A stretch of 64,000 nt of DNA. Source: Octopus vulgaris. Its lineage: Eukaryota. The notes below the pieces were generated by a model, which was not told the origin of the DNA, made no database searches, and saw only the letters and a program-made list of their open reading frames with translations. Shown here piece after piece: positions 1 to 12,880 of this stretch. The DNA is taken from positions 108,376,001 through 108,440,000 of the forward strand of contig OX597818.1 of NCBI GenBank assembly GCA_951406725.2, in the 5' to 3' direction. A program made the position numbers and the translations under genes. Every line of letters begins with the position of its first letter. Within the stretch, counting starts at the first letter, position 1.

Positions 1-694
1 TCATCTGGGTTACATCTCTTTATGCCAAGGTGGATTTTGCCATTTGGTAGAAAAAAGAAATACAAAGGACTAGGATTGGCAGTGGTGCTGTAGCATGGCC
101 ACAATTTAATGAATAAGATTAATTAAAACAATACCTTAATATCTTCATAGATATAGGCATGATTGTGTGGTTAAGAAGTTTGCCCCCGAACCTCTTGGTT
201 TGAGGTTCAATCCTATTGCACAGCATCCCACAGTTTCATTTGAGTAAAAAAAAGAAGAAAACTGATGATGTTAACCATTCTTGTAGGCATTAGAACCAGA
301 TGCTCTGTGCTTCCAAAGACCTCCAGAATAAAAAAAAATTACCTATTTAATAAAGCAGGTAAGGGTGGATAGCAGGAAAGAGCATGCAACCACAAAAGCC
401 TCATTTCATATACTTCCTGTCCAACCCATGCTGACATAGAAAAACAGACGTTAAACAAGCAAGTGGGGGTATCTCCATTAATGATTATCGAGCTTGCTCT
501 TTCTGTTTATCATCACAGTCTCATCAGAGATAAGAAATGATTGTCAATAATTTCCATTCTTTTAATGCAGATCATATTTGAAAGAAGAATTCCCTCAGAC
601 ACTACAAGACAAAAATATTTTTAAATCAGTAACATTTCATATTTTGGAAATGACAGCAACCTTTATAACACCATCGATCTAATGGCCTTTCTGT

Positions 695-1530
695 TTTTTA
701 CTTGTTTCACTCATTAGACTGTGACCATGCTGGGGCACTGCCTTGAAGAATTTCAGTCAAATGAATTGATCTGAGTACATTTTTTTTAAAGTTTGGTACT
801 TATTCTATCGGTCACTTTTGCTGAACTGCTAAGTTATGGGGACATAAACACACCAACACTAGTTGTGAAGTGAAGCAGGAGACAAACACCGACACAAAGA
901 CACACATAGATAGTTATGTATATAAGAAGGGCTTCTTTCAGTTTCCATCTACCGAATCCACTCACAAGGCTTTGGTCAGCCTGAGGCTATAGTAGAAGGC
1001 ACCTGCACAAGGTGCCACACAGTAGCATTGAACCCTGTGGTTGGGAAGCAAACTTCTTATTTCTTTACTACCCACAAGGAGCTAAACACAGAGGGGACAA
1101 ACAAGGACAGACAAACAGATTAAGTCGATTACATCGACCTCAGTACGTAACTGGTACTTATTTAATTGACCCCGAAAGGATGAAAGGCAAAGTCGACCTT
1201 GGCGGAATTTGAACTCAGAACGTAGTGGCAGACAAAATACCGCTAAGCATTTTGCACGGCATGTTAACGTTTCTGCAAACTCGCCGCTGAGTGGTTGCTT
1301 AATCAACCAATCACTTGAAACTACTGTGGTCTCATTGTGATGTCTAACTACCTGCCTAGTGGTTTGGTTTCAAATCACTGCTAATGTATCAAAGTTTGTT
1401 ATATAAAATCCCATTTCTATATGCTTCTGTGTGTTTCCACATTATCTTCAGAGCTTACCAAAGATGATATCAACCATTTTTACCTGTGTGGTAAGAAGCA
1501 AACTTCTTACCACACAGCCATATCTGCACC
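695..1530 (-). mobile_element. tRNA-derived SINE family A, split by an insertion at 1060-1494
   Basis: Body 695-1059 and head remainder 1495-1530 match the family-A copies at 22760 and 11240 in reverse orientation. Confidence 0.75.
1060..1288 (-). mobile_element. SINE family B (Meta-domain-like)
   Basis: Reverse complement matches the 32273 and 59498 copies, with B-box gagttcaaattcc and core GCCTTTCATCCTTTCGGGGTC.ATTAAATAAGTACC. Confidence 0.85.
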
Positions 1531-2126
1531 TCTAAATAAGAAAAAATTGCAATTTAAAGATTTCTATAGAAAATGGTTTTCAATTATTAATACCGATCAC
1601 TCAGACAAACTTGTGAGCAATACTAATAATGAACTAATCAACATCTCACATTAAACAGGATTTAAACTAGCTTCAGAATCAAATTCACAAAATTTCATTT
1701 CCATTCATCTGATATTTTAAAAATTTATCAATGAAAGATAAGATAAAAAATATTTTTCTTAAAAAAAAAACATATGCAAATATAGAAATGATTATTCAAA
1801 TTAGTTATGATAAATAACTATTTTAAGACTCATACCTGGATTTGATGTAATGTGCTTAATTTAAATATTCATCTCACTTGTTCTGGACATAGTAAGCATA
1901 TTTTCATACTAGAAGAAAATTTAGAAATTCTGTATTAATAAAATTAAAATTTATTTCACTACTTTGCAAAGTCAGTTAATGTTTATTGCATCTGTATCAG
2001 AAAACAAATGAAGTCCATCCATATTAAATAACTTCTGGCTCTTGAACAGGATGTTTAAAATATGACCTGCATAAATAAGAGGGTAAAATGGTTGATATCA
2101 TCTTTGGTAATCTCTGAAGATAATGT

Positions 2127-2350
2127 GAGCGAGGTCGTTACCAGTACCACCTGACTGGCCCCCGTGCCGGTGGCACATAAAAGCACCCACTACACTCTTG
2201 GAGTGGTTGGCATTAGGAAGGGCATCCAGCTGTAGAAACTCTGCCACATCAGACTGGAGCCTGGTGCAGCCATCTGGTTCACCAGACCTCAGTCAAAATC
2301 GTCCAACCCATGCTAGCATGGAAAAGCGGACGTTAAACGATGATGATGAT
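2127..2350 (+). mobile_element. RTE-type 3'-tail repeat (family C)
   Basis: Motifs gtggttggcattaggaagggcatccagctgtag and aacccatgctagcatggaaaa, ending in (GAT)n; many copies in the window. Confidence 0.8.
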
Positions 2351-2439
2351 ACAGAAGCACATAGAAATGGGATTTTATATAACAGACTTTGATACATTAG
2401 CAGTGATTTGAAACCAAACCACTAGGTAGGTAGGTAGAC

Positions 2440-3559
2440 ACCACAATCAAACCACAGTGATTGGTTGATTAGATACAATTCAAAGAATGAGGAAGGTGTA
2501 AGTTTCCTGCAGCTCTTTGATGCAACAGATCAACCAATTTGCGGAATACACTCTAAGAAACCAACCATCTCATCATCTACCAGTCTGGAAAACGTGTAAG
2601 TCAGACAGATTACATTCCCATAAGGACAAAATGACTATTGAAAATACTAAACCCTTCCCTGGTGAACAATACTTTATACAAGATAGACTAGAGGCAAGCA
2701 ATTTGAGGGTTGGAGCTTGGCAGATGCAGAAACAACAGGAGATGGCACAGGAAAGGAAAAGATGCAAACTAAGAAATCCTGCAGTTTGGAATAAGTTTAA
2801 AAGAATTTTAATTGACATTTATGACTTTAATGAGAAACACTTAAATACCTGCAGTATAAATAAGAACAAGGAAGTTTTACAGATTAGCCATGGGGTTGGA
2901 ATAAAATCCAAACCAAACTTCCAAACGTAATGTTTGGTAAAGACAGGCATGGAAAACCTGGAAGAAAGGTGTCAGATAGGAACATTATAAATAGTTTGAA
3001 AAGCAACTCAATGCCAGGTAGAAAGGAAGAGATTTTCACATGTTCTATAATGATGTGGGGAACAGAGGGATAAAGGGACCAGGATTATGAGACAGTGGAT
3101 GAGAACCAAGGCATCATTAGGATAAGGATAGGGTAAAGATTCTTACTGAGTCATTTAGATTCATAGGGCTGGTTTCAATGGTGCTAATATTTCCCACTGG
3201 ATGGGACACATTGTGAAATAAAGTGTTTTGTTCAAAAACACAACTCGTTGCCTGCTCCAAGAACTGAAACCATAATCTTAGGATCCTGAATCCAACACCC
3301 AAATGACTAAGCCACGTGTATCCGCAAGGCATAATTAGCAAGAAGCATATTTTGATGAAGACATGCTTGCTATTGATGTGAAAAGCAAGAAAGTGGAGTG
3401 GAAGCCTTATTATAAGAGTTTACTGTACATAGAAGAAAATGCATGGGATAAAGAGAGGTTGCCTCATGTTGATCCTGTGGAGGGATCAGCAGTTCAAATC
3501 GATAACAGCTTTTAGTAATGAAGGACACGAAGGGAGGAGAAGCTGTGGGCTCATTAAGG
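2440..3559 (+). pseudogene. Decayed RTE LINE, endonuclease-to-RT linker region
   Basis: Frameshifted remnants such as TKPFPGEQ and AWDKERLPHVDPVEGSAVQID; continues into RT at 4447 beyond the mariner. Confidence 0.55.
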
Positions 3560-4446
3560 AGAGGTGGGAAGATATGGGACTAGTTATGATTAATAAAAAG
3601 AATAACTTACTTGCCTAAGTGTTAACATCATCTCCTTTGAAATAGTCTCTTTGCACAGCAATACGCCAATTCCAGTGTTCTTACCACTTTTGGAATCTAG
3701 CCTGGAAGTCATTTTCTGAATCAAAGACCTTCTACAATTCACTCTCAATCTGGACAATAGTGTTACAATGACAACCTTTGAGCTGCATTTTCATCTTGGG
3801 AAAGAGATGGAAGTCTTCAGGTGCTAAATCTGGTGAATAGGGCGGGTGGGGAAGTAGTGATTTTTGGCAAGAAACTTGTGCTTGAAGAGAGATAAGGTGC
3901 ATTGTTGTCATGAAGAATCCAGTTCTTCCCATTCCACAGATCTGGTGGCTTTTGCCGAGTGTCCTCCTTCAAATGCTTCAGAACATCATTGATTGTCCTC
4001 CGACTATCCTCGGGCACAAGCTGAGGGATTTTCTCCACATTTCTGGGAGTGACGCTCGTGGCAGGTCTTCCAGATCGCTCATCATATTCCAGGGACATTC
4101 TTCCATTTCTGCAGTGCCTGTGCCGCTCGAAACGCTGTGTACGACTCATTGCCTCATCACTGTAAGCTTGCCAAAGCTTGCTCAATGTCTCTGCAGCAGA
4201 CTTCCCAAGTTTAACATAAAATTTCACATTGGTCTTTGTTCTAGCTTCCTGTCCATAACAAAAATCACAAACTACAGCACACACGTGATCACAAAACACA
4301 AATTTCATAACAATTTCACGCAGCAATGTCACTCGACACACTGCCTCATGAAAGTCACTGCTGGCCCTCACTGCAGACGCAACTGTGTGCTGCCATCTGT
4401 TGGCATATTACAGAACTAGTCCAGGAACTTTTTGATACCACCTCAT
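3560..4446 (-). mobile_element. Internally deleted mariner transposon
   Basis: HTH region KFYVKLGKSAAETL...DERSGRP, then WILHDNNAP and HPPYSPDLAPEDFHLFPKMK, C-terminus QRDYFKGD. TIR gaggtggtatcaaaaagttcctggactagtt at the right end, degenerate copy near 3561. WVPHEL and first catalytic D region are missing. Confidence 0.9.
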
Positions 4447-4645
4447 GCAAGGAAGTGGTGCTACAGATACCATCTTATTAGTGAGGCAACTGCAGGAGAA
4501 ATACTTTGATAAAAATATAGCTCTATTCCTGGATTTCATTGATTTGGAGAAGGTCTTTGACAGGGTACCATATTCAGTAATATGGTTGTCATTGAGAAAA
4601 CTAGGTTTAGATGAAGGACTCGTGAAAGCTGTAGAAGCTTTGTAA
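4447..4645 (+). pseudogene. RTE LINE reverse transcriptase fragment
   Basis: TDTILLVRQLQEKY...FIDLEKVFDRVP...LRKLG is typical RTE RT. Confidence 0.85.
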
Positions 4646-5291
4646 AATCTTGAAAAACTATAAAAGCTAAAAGTTGTTTCCAAAGTTTGAACTATAGTCA
4701 AAGAGCGAATTTTATAAATTGGCAAAAAGAAAAAAAAACATATAAAAGTGTCAATGAAAAACCCGAAAACTATTTTTCTTTACTTTTCAAAATGAGTCAT
4801 CAATTTGCTTTTGCTTTTTTGTGTATATTATTACAATAAAAAATTTTCATATTTTCTGAGATGCTATTTTCACAAACTGAATAATGTGAAGAAACGAAAA
4901 CAAAAGATCTAAAATAATCTAGTTTTTAGTATTTATTTGTTTGCATTTGCTCAGAATAACCCAGTTTCCTTTTGTTCATTCCAGGCTTCATTTTCTTTCC
5001 TTTTTCAATCCCACTCTTATATTTCCCTAAAGTGAAAGATAACCACAAAAAACAAAAACAAAAAATAATCTCCTGCACCATAAATCACAATTTTTTGCAC
5101 CTTTAAAGTTAATTTCTCAGATACCTAAAATTTGTGCACAAAATATCATTTACTAAATATACATATTTTCAAAAAATTTGCATTGCTACCCTCCAAAAGC
5201 CTTACACTTTACACATATTTAGGTGGAACCAAACCAAAACTAAAAATGGACTGCAATTAATCCAAATTCGAAACTAGTACAACACTAGACA

Positions 5292-5900
5292 CAGGCATGG
5301 CTGTGTAGTAACAGGTCTGCTTCCCAACCACATGGTTCTGATTTCAGTCCTACTATGTGGCACCTTGGGCAAGTGTCTTCTACTCTAGACTGGGGCCAAC
5401 TAAAGCCTTGTGAGTGGATTTGGTAAATAGAAACAGAAAGAACCCTGTCATATATATAAATATGTATATTTGTGTGTGTGTTTGTGTCTGTGTTTGTCCT
5501 GCACTGCCACTTGACAAATGGTGTTGGCGTGTTTACATCCCTGTAACTTAACAGTTCAGCAAAGGAGTCTGATAGATTAAGTACTGGGCTTTAAAAAAAA
5601 ATACCTATTTCTTTACTACCCACAAGGGGCTAAACACAGAGAGGACAAAGAAGGACAGACAAAAGGATCAAGTCGATTATATCGACCCCAGTGCTTAACT
5701 GGTACTTATTTAATTGACCCCGAAAGGATGAAAGGCAAAGTCGACCTCAGCGGAATTTGAACTCAGAACGTAGCGGCAGACGAAATACCACTAAGAGCTT
5801 CACCCGGTATCCTAACAATTCTGCCCAACTAAAAGTTCTTCAAGGTGGTGCCCCAGCATGACCACAGTCTAAACTGAAAAAGTGAAAAATAAAAGAGAAA
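5292..5900 (+). mobile_element. SINE family A with nested family-B SINE (5605-5826, minus strand)
   Basis: tRNA-like head, ccttgggcaagt core and tail ggtgccccagcatg; a B copy interrupts the A-rich linker. Confidence 0.8.
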
Positions 5901-7394
5901 GATATCACTCCCTCCTCTTCTCTGCACTTTTTACTTAAGTTTATTTTCCAAACTTTGTCTAAAATTTCATTAGTATTCACCCACAAATTTTACTCTATTT
6001 TACTTCATAAGTTTTTTTTGATTCCATACCAATTTTAACTTGGTTTACACAAATAGATTCCTTTCATTGAAATCTTTCAAATAAGAATAATTACACATAA
6101 TATTTTCTGAAAATAACAGAAAATTTATGGTTTAATAATGAATTTTGGCCTCACATTTTTTTTAATTTGACCATTTTTTGCCTACAGATTTTTTCTACTC
6201 CACTAATTTTTTAATGAGGCTAACATAATTAGATTTCTTTCATTAAGATCTTTTATTAGCATGTCATTAAAACACAAAAATAAGAATCTACCCTGTATTA
6301 TTCTCACATTTTTGAACTTACATATTTTATCATAACTTTTTTCAAACCAACCAATTTTCTATTTTATCTCAAAATACAGCATAGAACTGGATTGTTTTTT
6401 TTTTTTTGTTTTTGTTTTCTTTTTTACAATGAACTGAATCACATTTAATTTGGTCAAGAATTGATTTAGCTAAAGGCTGTAGAAATGGTCCAGGACCCAC
6501 TGCCGTGGCTGAATGGTATAACCTAAAATTATACATTCATTCTGTTAACTTCTCTCTCTCTTTTTGTTGACATCATCAAAACTATTGATTCTACAATGGC
6601 TTTCATGAGGAATATTTCAGTTGGTCAACCAATTCGACTATGATTATTATTATTATTATTTTATTATTATTATTATTATTATTACTATTACTATTTTTAT
6701 TATTGCTTTTCTTCTTTCAATTCTCCTTCCATTTCTTGCCAAGTGTCTTCCTGAGACCTAGGGCAAAGAAACTTACTGCATGCATTGGTAGGTCATTAAA
6801 ATAAATACACTAGATTGTTCATTTACAAAGTCATGTGATAGAAAAAAGGGGAAGAAAGAAAGAAAGAAAGAAAAAGGAAAAATAGAAAATAGAAAAATGC
6901 CAAAAATAAAGAGAAAAAAGAACAAAGTAAATAAAGAGAGGAAAAGGAAAGAGAATTCACCATAACAACGCTCTGTCATTGTGGACAATGATGATGGACA
7001 TCAGATGGGAGAAGATGGGGCACAGTATGTTGAGCTAAGCCCAATCAATGCGATGTGAGCTCTTCCTCATCTACAACAGTGTCTGTTAGCTTAGAGAGTC
7101 TGAGTATAAATGACAATGGAATAACCAAGTTTACCAAAAGCATAAAGAATTCCTCGAAGAGTGAATACAATCCCTACTGAGTAAAGACAGCCATCAACAG
7201 AATAAGAACTAAGCAAAAATGGGTGAAATAATGAAATTGGATAAGATAATCAACCAACAAAAACATAATTGACAAACCAACAAATAAAAGTCAAAAACAG
7301 AGAGAAAACTTCCTGTTGACCAAATCATTTGATGCACACAACAATGTCATTTTCTGGACATTCAGTATATTTCATAAAATATGTCTGCAAAATA

Positions 7395-7690
7395 TGTCAC
7401 AAGTTCTTGCATGCCCTCTGCATCCAGGGGCCCCTGTTTCACTACTATGTACTTTTGGGGTTCATACATAAGTATCATACAATCAGAGAGAGAGAGGGAG
7501 ATTTTGCTACCAACAGAGATAATAGCTCTCTGAACATTTCTACATTCTATTCTTATTCTGGCAACTATACTTTCAGAACATCCCCCTCCTCTGCTAATTA
7601 GGTCACCTAAGCAACACAAACTGACTACTACTTCTACCTACAGGGAGCTTCCTGGACATTTAGGAAAATTATTTCTCCTGACGTTCTTAG
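7395..7690 (-). pseudogene. RTE LINE RT C-terminal fragment
   Basis: LGDLISRGGGCSESIVARIRI followed by a frameshifted SETW-like motif. Confidence 0.75.
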
Positions 7691-7807
7691 TGTTTATTGC
7701 TCCTCTGTATCTGCCACATACAAAGTCTGCTCTCTTTGTTAACCTTCAAAACAAATTTTATGCAGATGTAAAAGACAGTTACGCATATATATGTATGTCT
7801 GTGCGCA

Positions 7808-7877
<70 letters not shown>

Positions 7878-9454
7878 CACTCATGTATGCATAAATGCAT
7901 GCTTACACACACACATTATATAAATAAATATATAATCATATATATTTATATAAATACTTTGTGTGTAAATGTGCATCAATTCATGCATAAGTATTTATGT
8001 GATTATGTGTGTGTGTGTAAATATATATATATATATATATATGTGAGTGTGTGTAGATATATCTGCATGTGTAAGTGTCCTCTTCATCTGCATAAAATTT
8101 GATTTGGAGACAAAATACAAAGCCACACATAAGAATATTAAAATATGCACAGAATTCAATAAACGCAACTCTTTTTCCACCTTGTATTAACTAACCTTTA
8201 ACACATTCTTAAAAATAAAATAACACATCTTCAATTTCAAAAATATTCTAAGACTTCATTGAAATCTCTTTTCTCAGACATAATTAATTTGTTTCTGAAA
8301 TTCTTTTCTTTTTAATCCCCAAAAGAAAGATTTCCAGTCTTCATTTTCATTTTCCATATTTTCACTCATGAAATAAAGTTTTGAAATTAAGTAAATATTC
8401 ACTAAAGATCAACACAAAATGTTGACTGCAAATATATTCGATAAACACCAACATAAATCAATCAGATAGAACTTAAAAGGCTAAACAATACCAAATGTTT
8501 TAGTCTTGTGAAAAACAGATATCTTTATATAATATGAAATGTGGATAAGTAAAAGACCCAAGTGGATGGCTCTGGTGTTCTTTGTTGTTCTATGAAAATA
8601 GAAGAGATATTCTATCTAGAGGTGAATCCTTTCAACTAACATACGCTTCAATGCTTTTTCACTTTTCTTTCATACATGAGCTGTTGCAAACTGCAAAGTA
8701 TTTCTACCTGAGCAACTACATAGAGTGCTCCCTGGTTAGGCTGTCTGCTTTAAACCAAAGCATGAGAGAAGATCAGAATCCATGTATGGCCACTACCAAA
8801 TTACAGTTCAAAAATTTGCCAAAACTTTGAAGCAGTTTTGTCAGACAATTATTTTAGAAAATACAGAAATGCACCAGACAGCATCGAATTGTGTTTTACA
8901 AGCATTTCAGGAATGGAGAAAGTTCCAAGCAACTGACAAGTGTAATGCAATGATTATATTTAAACCACAAAAAGATTTTTACCCAAGATTCCTAACATCA
9001 TCGTTCTAAATGTTGATGATGATCATCATTGCTTTGATAACCACTTTTCCATGCTTGCATGGGTCAGATGAAATACATTGGAGCAGATTTTTATCAGCAA
9101 GAAGCCCTTTCTGTCATCAGCCTAAACCTGTTTCCAACTAAAGTTAAATTTCTTTTTGACCAGACATGTTTTCACAGAAGAGTGAAAATGAAAACAAATG
9201 GCACTATTTGTATGATGGTGTTACTTGCTTGCATCTAGGAAATGATGTCAAGACAACGAGACACACACACACACATATATATTCATACTTTTGTTTATGT
9301 TGGAACAATGAGAGAAAACTATACAAAAGATATTGTACAGGATTGGAAGATATGATTTTTTGTTTTATTGAAACTAAAACTTTGTCTTATGACTCAAGTT
9401 TCATGTTACTGCAATCTTCAGGTGGGAACCTGGTTTCAGCTTCAATAGAAGAAT

Positions 9455-9493
<39 letters not shown>

Positions 9494-9825
9494 CACCTTC
9501 TTAAGATGCCATGCAGTGGAAGTGAAGCTGGGCCAAAGGCATTGAGCAGCAAACTTCAGAGACACTCAGCCATGCTTACATCATTGATGCTAATATTAAA
9601 GTTATAATATCATATTGTGTGGAAATTTGTCTTGTTTGACAACAGTATCTAGAGAGGAAAGAAAGGTGGTGTTGCCATGAGCAGCTTTAGAAGAACTGAT
9701 GGATCTGGGCCTGCATTTGCCAATGTTCTTTGACATATATTTAGCTCACAACACATAGGCCTGGACAAAGATTTACAGATATGCAAATTCACAGGTCTGC
9801 ATACATATATACATGTTTGTTTGTT

Positions 9826-9872
<47 letters not shown>

Positions 9873-10014
9873 AGGGTTGATAAAATAAGGGCCAGTCTGG
9901 GTTATCTTTAATAGATACCACTTTAGAAGACGGTACCTCAACATGGTACCTTGTCCATTGACTACAACCAGTAAAAGAGCATTATTAAGTTAAACAAGTG
10001 ATTTCACCTGAGAC

Positions 10015-10450
10015 ATTTAAGCTCAGTGTCCATGTTTCACTGCCATAGAATATCACTGGTTCGACAATTGTCCTGAACAGCTTGATTTTGGACACTGATA
10101 AAGAAATTGTCCAACAGGCCAAATGCATGCTACACAAATGGCCCTAAATGTGAAAAAGCAGCAACATATGATAAATGAATGCCTTTATGGAGACCTGCCA
10201 AAAGTTAGCAAGAAGATCAGGTAAAGAAGGTTGCAAGTATCTGGTCACTGTGTGCACCATCCTGAACTGGAGAAGCCTCCAAATAAGTCTTGTGGAACCA
10301 ACTTCATGGTGATGTAAGAGGAAAATGCCATCACACCTACATCAACAACTTGACTGCAGAGACTGACCTGGAATGCATCCAGAACACAGAGACAGTGATG
10401 ATGGCCCATGAAGTGTGGTGGGAGAACTTTGTTGCTGGTACCCAACCATA
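10015..10450. pseudogene. RTE-X/RTE-like LINE 3' fragment with inverted 5' segment
   Basis: Plus strand reads MALNVKKQQHMINECLYGDLPKVSKKIR*RRLQVSGHCVHHPE; minus strand 10015-10114 reads KIKLFRTIVEPVIFYGSETWTL. Confidence 0.75.
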
Positions 10451-10544
10451 ATTTAAGTTTACAACAATTGGTAGAGTTTTATTTCTATGAAATATACAAT
10501 CATATTCTCTTTTAGTCTCTGTTGTGACAATAATCCATTTTTCA

Positions 10545-10965
10545 GCATCACCTTACTGGCACTTGTGCCCCATGCTAGTAGGGTGCCAAGAGCACCATCC
10601 GAGCATGATCATTGCCAGAGCGGCTAACTGGCTTCCGTGTAGCTGGCAGGTAAATGGCACCATTCGGGCATGATCGTTACCAGCGTCGCTTTAATGGCAC
10701 TTGTGCCAGTGGCATGTGTAAAAAGATTCGAGTGAGGTCATTGCCAGTACCGCCTTGACTGGCCCCCATGCCGGTGGTATGTAAAAAGCACCCACTACAC
10801 TCCCGGAGTGTTTGGCATTAGGAAGGGCATCCAGCTGTAGAAACTCTGCCAGATCAAGATTGGAGCCAGGTGCAGCCATCTGGTTCGCCAGCCCTCAGTC
10901 AAAAATCGTCCAATCCATGCTAGCATGGAAAGCAGACGTCAAACGATGATGATGATGATGATGAT
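10545..10965 (+). mobile_element. Family C RTE-tail repeat with extra 5' modules
   Basis: Repeated gtgcc.gtggca.gtaaaa modules, conserved core, (GAT)n tail. Confidence 0.8.
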
Positions 10966-11239
10966 GTACAAAGTCTAACTTGTTGGAGAAGGGGGGAGGT
11001 TGATTACATCGACTCCAGTTCACAACTGGTTCTTATTTTATCAACCCAAAACAATGAAACACCAAGTCAACCTCAATGGAATTTGCACTTCAAACATAAA
11101 GATGCACGAAATACTACTAAGCATTTTGCCCAGCATGCTAACAGGTCTGCCAGCTCAGCATCTTATTCTCTCTGTTGTAGAACAAGTCCAAGAATTTTTT
11201 AGAGAGAACTGTCAATTATATCATCCCTAATAATATATA

Positions 11240-11474
11240 TATTCGTTTGCTTGTTTCAGTCATTAGACTATGGCCATGCTGGGGCACACCCTTGAGGAAA
11301 TCTTTTAGTCAAATGAATTGACCCCAGTACTGGTATTTATTCTATCAGTCTCTTTTGTTGAACCACTTGGTTGTAGGGTCTTAAACACCAATACCAGTTG
11401 TCAAGCAGTGTCAGGGGACAAACACAGACACAAAGACACACATATACACGGATATATGTGTGTGTGGATATATA

Positions 11475-11535
<61 letters not shown>

Positions 11536-11770
11536 GCACATATATATACGCACATATATATACACGCATATATATATACACATACACACACATATATATG
11601 TGTGATGGGCTTCTTTCAGTTTCCATCTACCAAATCCCCACACAAGACTTTGGTCAGCTTGTGTCTATAGTAGAAGACACTTGACCAAGGTACCTCGCAG
11701 TGGGACTGAACCTTGGAACCATGTGGTTGGAAAGCAAGCTTCCTACCACACAACCACACCTCTACCTATT
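11240..11770 (-). mobile_element. SINE family A with expanded central (TA)n
   Basis: Head near 11760, tail near 11245; matches the 22760 copy. Confidence 0.8.
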
Positions 11771-12593
11771 AGCTATATTTATTAGCTATCAAAATTCTTC
11801 TCTCCACATATCAACCAGGCCATGGGTATTTTATTTCTCTGGTAATCATTATTCACTCAGTCAGCCAACACATTTTTAATTATCCGTCTGAGCAGAATTT
11901 TTCCTGTATTGTTTGTTGTAAAATATTTTCTATTTCCTTTTTCAAGTTCAATTTAGAATCATGGTAAGAGAACTGTGTAGTAATAGAGAAGCGTTGTTAG
12001 TGTTGCCGCTCTAACCTTAGCTCACAGAAAGATCAGGACTTGGCACCACAAACTGTGATGTCAGCTTCACAGTGACTTCATTGTTTACAACAATGGAGTG
12101 TATTTGTTTGTTTTACAGCCAGCTATACTGGGATGTTAAGAGTTAAGTGTATTTGCTGCAGACTCGGCGGATGTTGCTGGCATTTCTATTATGGCTTAAG
12201 TCTACAGGAAGTCTCCAGTACTGCAAACTAATAAAAGTTTGTCAATATTTTTAGTGCCAAGGACTGGGGAGTGATAGAAATGGTAGATTGCCAGACTAAA
12301 TGTCACAAGGTATTCAAGTTATATATCTTTACAATCTGAGAATAAATCCCACCGAGATTCACTTTCTCATTCCTTTAGGATTGTAAAAGAAGTACCAGTT
12401 AAATACTTGGGCTGATCAAGTCTGTTACTCCACTTCCTCCTTCTCTAGAATGTCAAGCATTATACCAGCCTTAGCAATGAATATTTTCACAAGGGCTATA
12501 GAGTGGCAAAATAACCAGCAATTTCTTTGTTTCACTGGAGTCAGAACCCTCCCTGCGCTATATTAAGGATGCGTGATATATTTTCTTCACAGA

Positions 12594-12880
12594 TCATCAT
12601 CATCATCATCATCGTTTAACGTCAGTTTTCCATGCTGGCATGGGTTGAACAAGTCAACTGGAGTCTGGTAAGCCAGGGTGCTGCACCAGTCCCTAGTCTG
12701 ATCTGGCAGTGTTTCTACAGCTGGATGCCCTTCCTAACGCCAACCACTTCGAGAGTGTAGTGGGTGCTTTTTACGCACCACTGGCACGGAAGCCAGTCAA
12801 GGTGGCACTGGCATTGACCACGTTCGGACAGTGCTTTTTACGTGCCACTGGCATGGGGATCACAACTACAATTTCCATTG
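12594..12880 (-). mobile_element. Family C RTE-tail repeat
   Basis: (CAT)n followed by the reverse complement of the core; further fragments at 14025-14375. Confidence 0.8.

Noticed and set aside
2101-2120. miR-9-like start (also bantam-like at about 24770 and miR-34-like at about 51043)
   Set aside because: Only partial matches with no precursor hairpin; the last lies in a SINE head.
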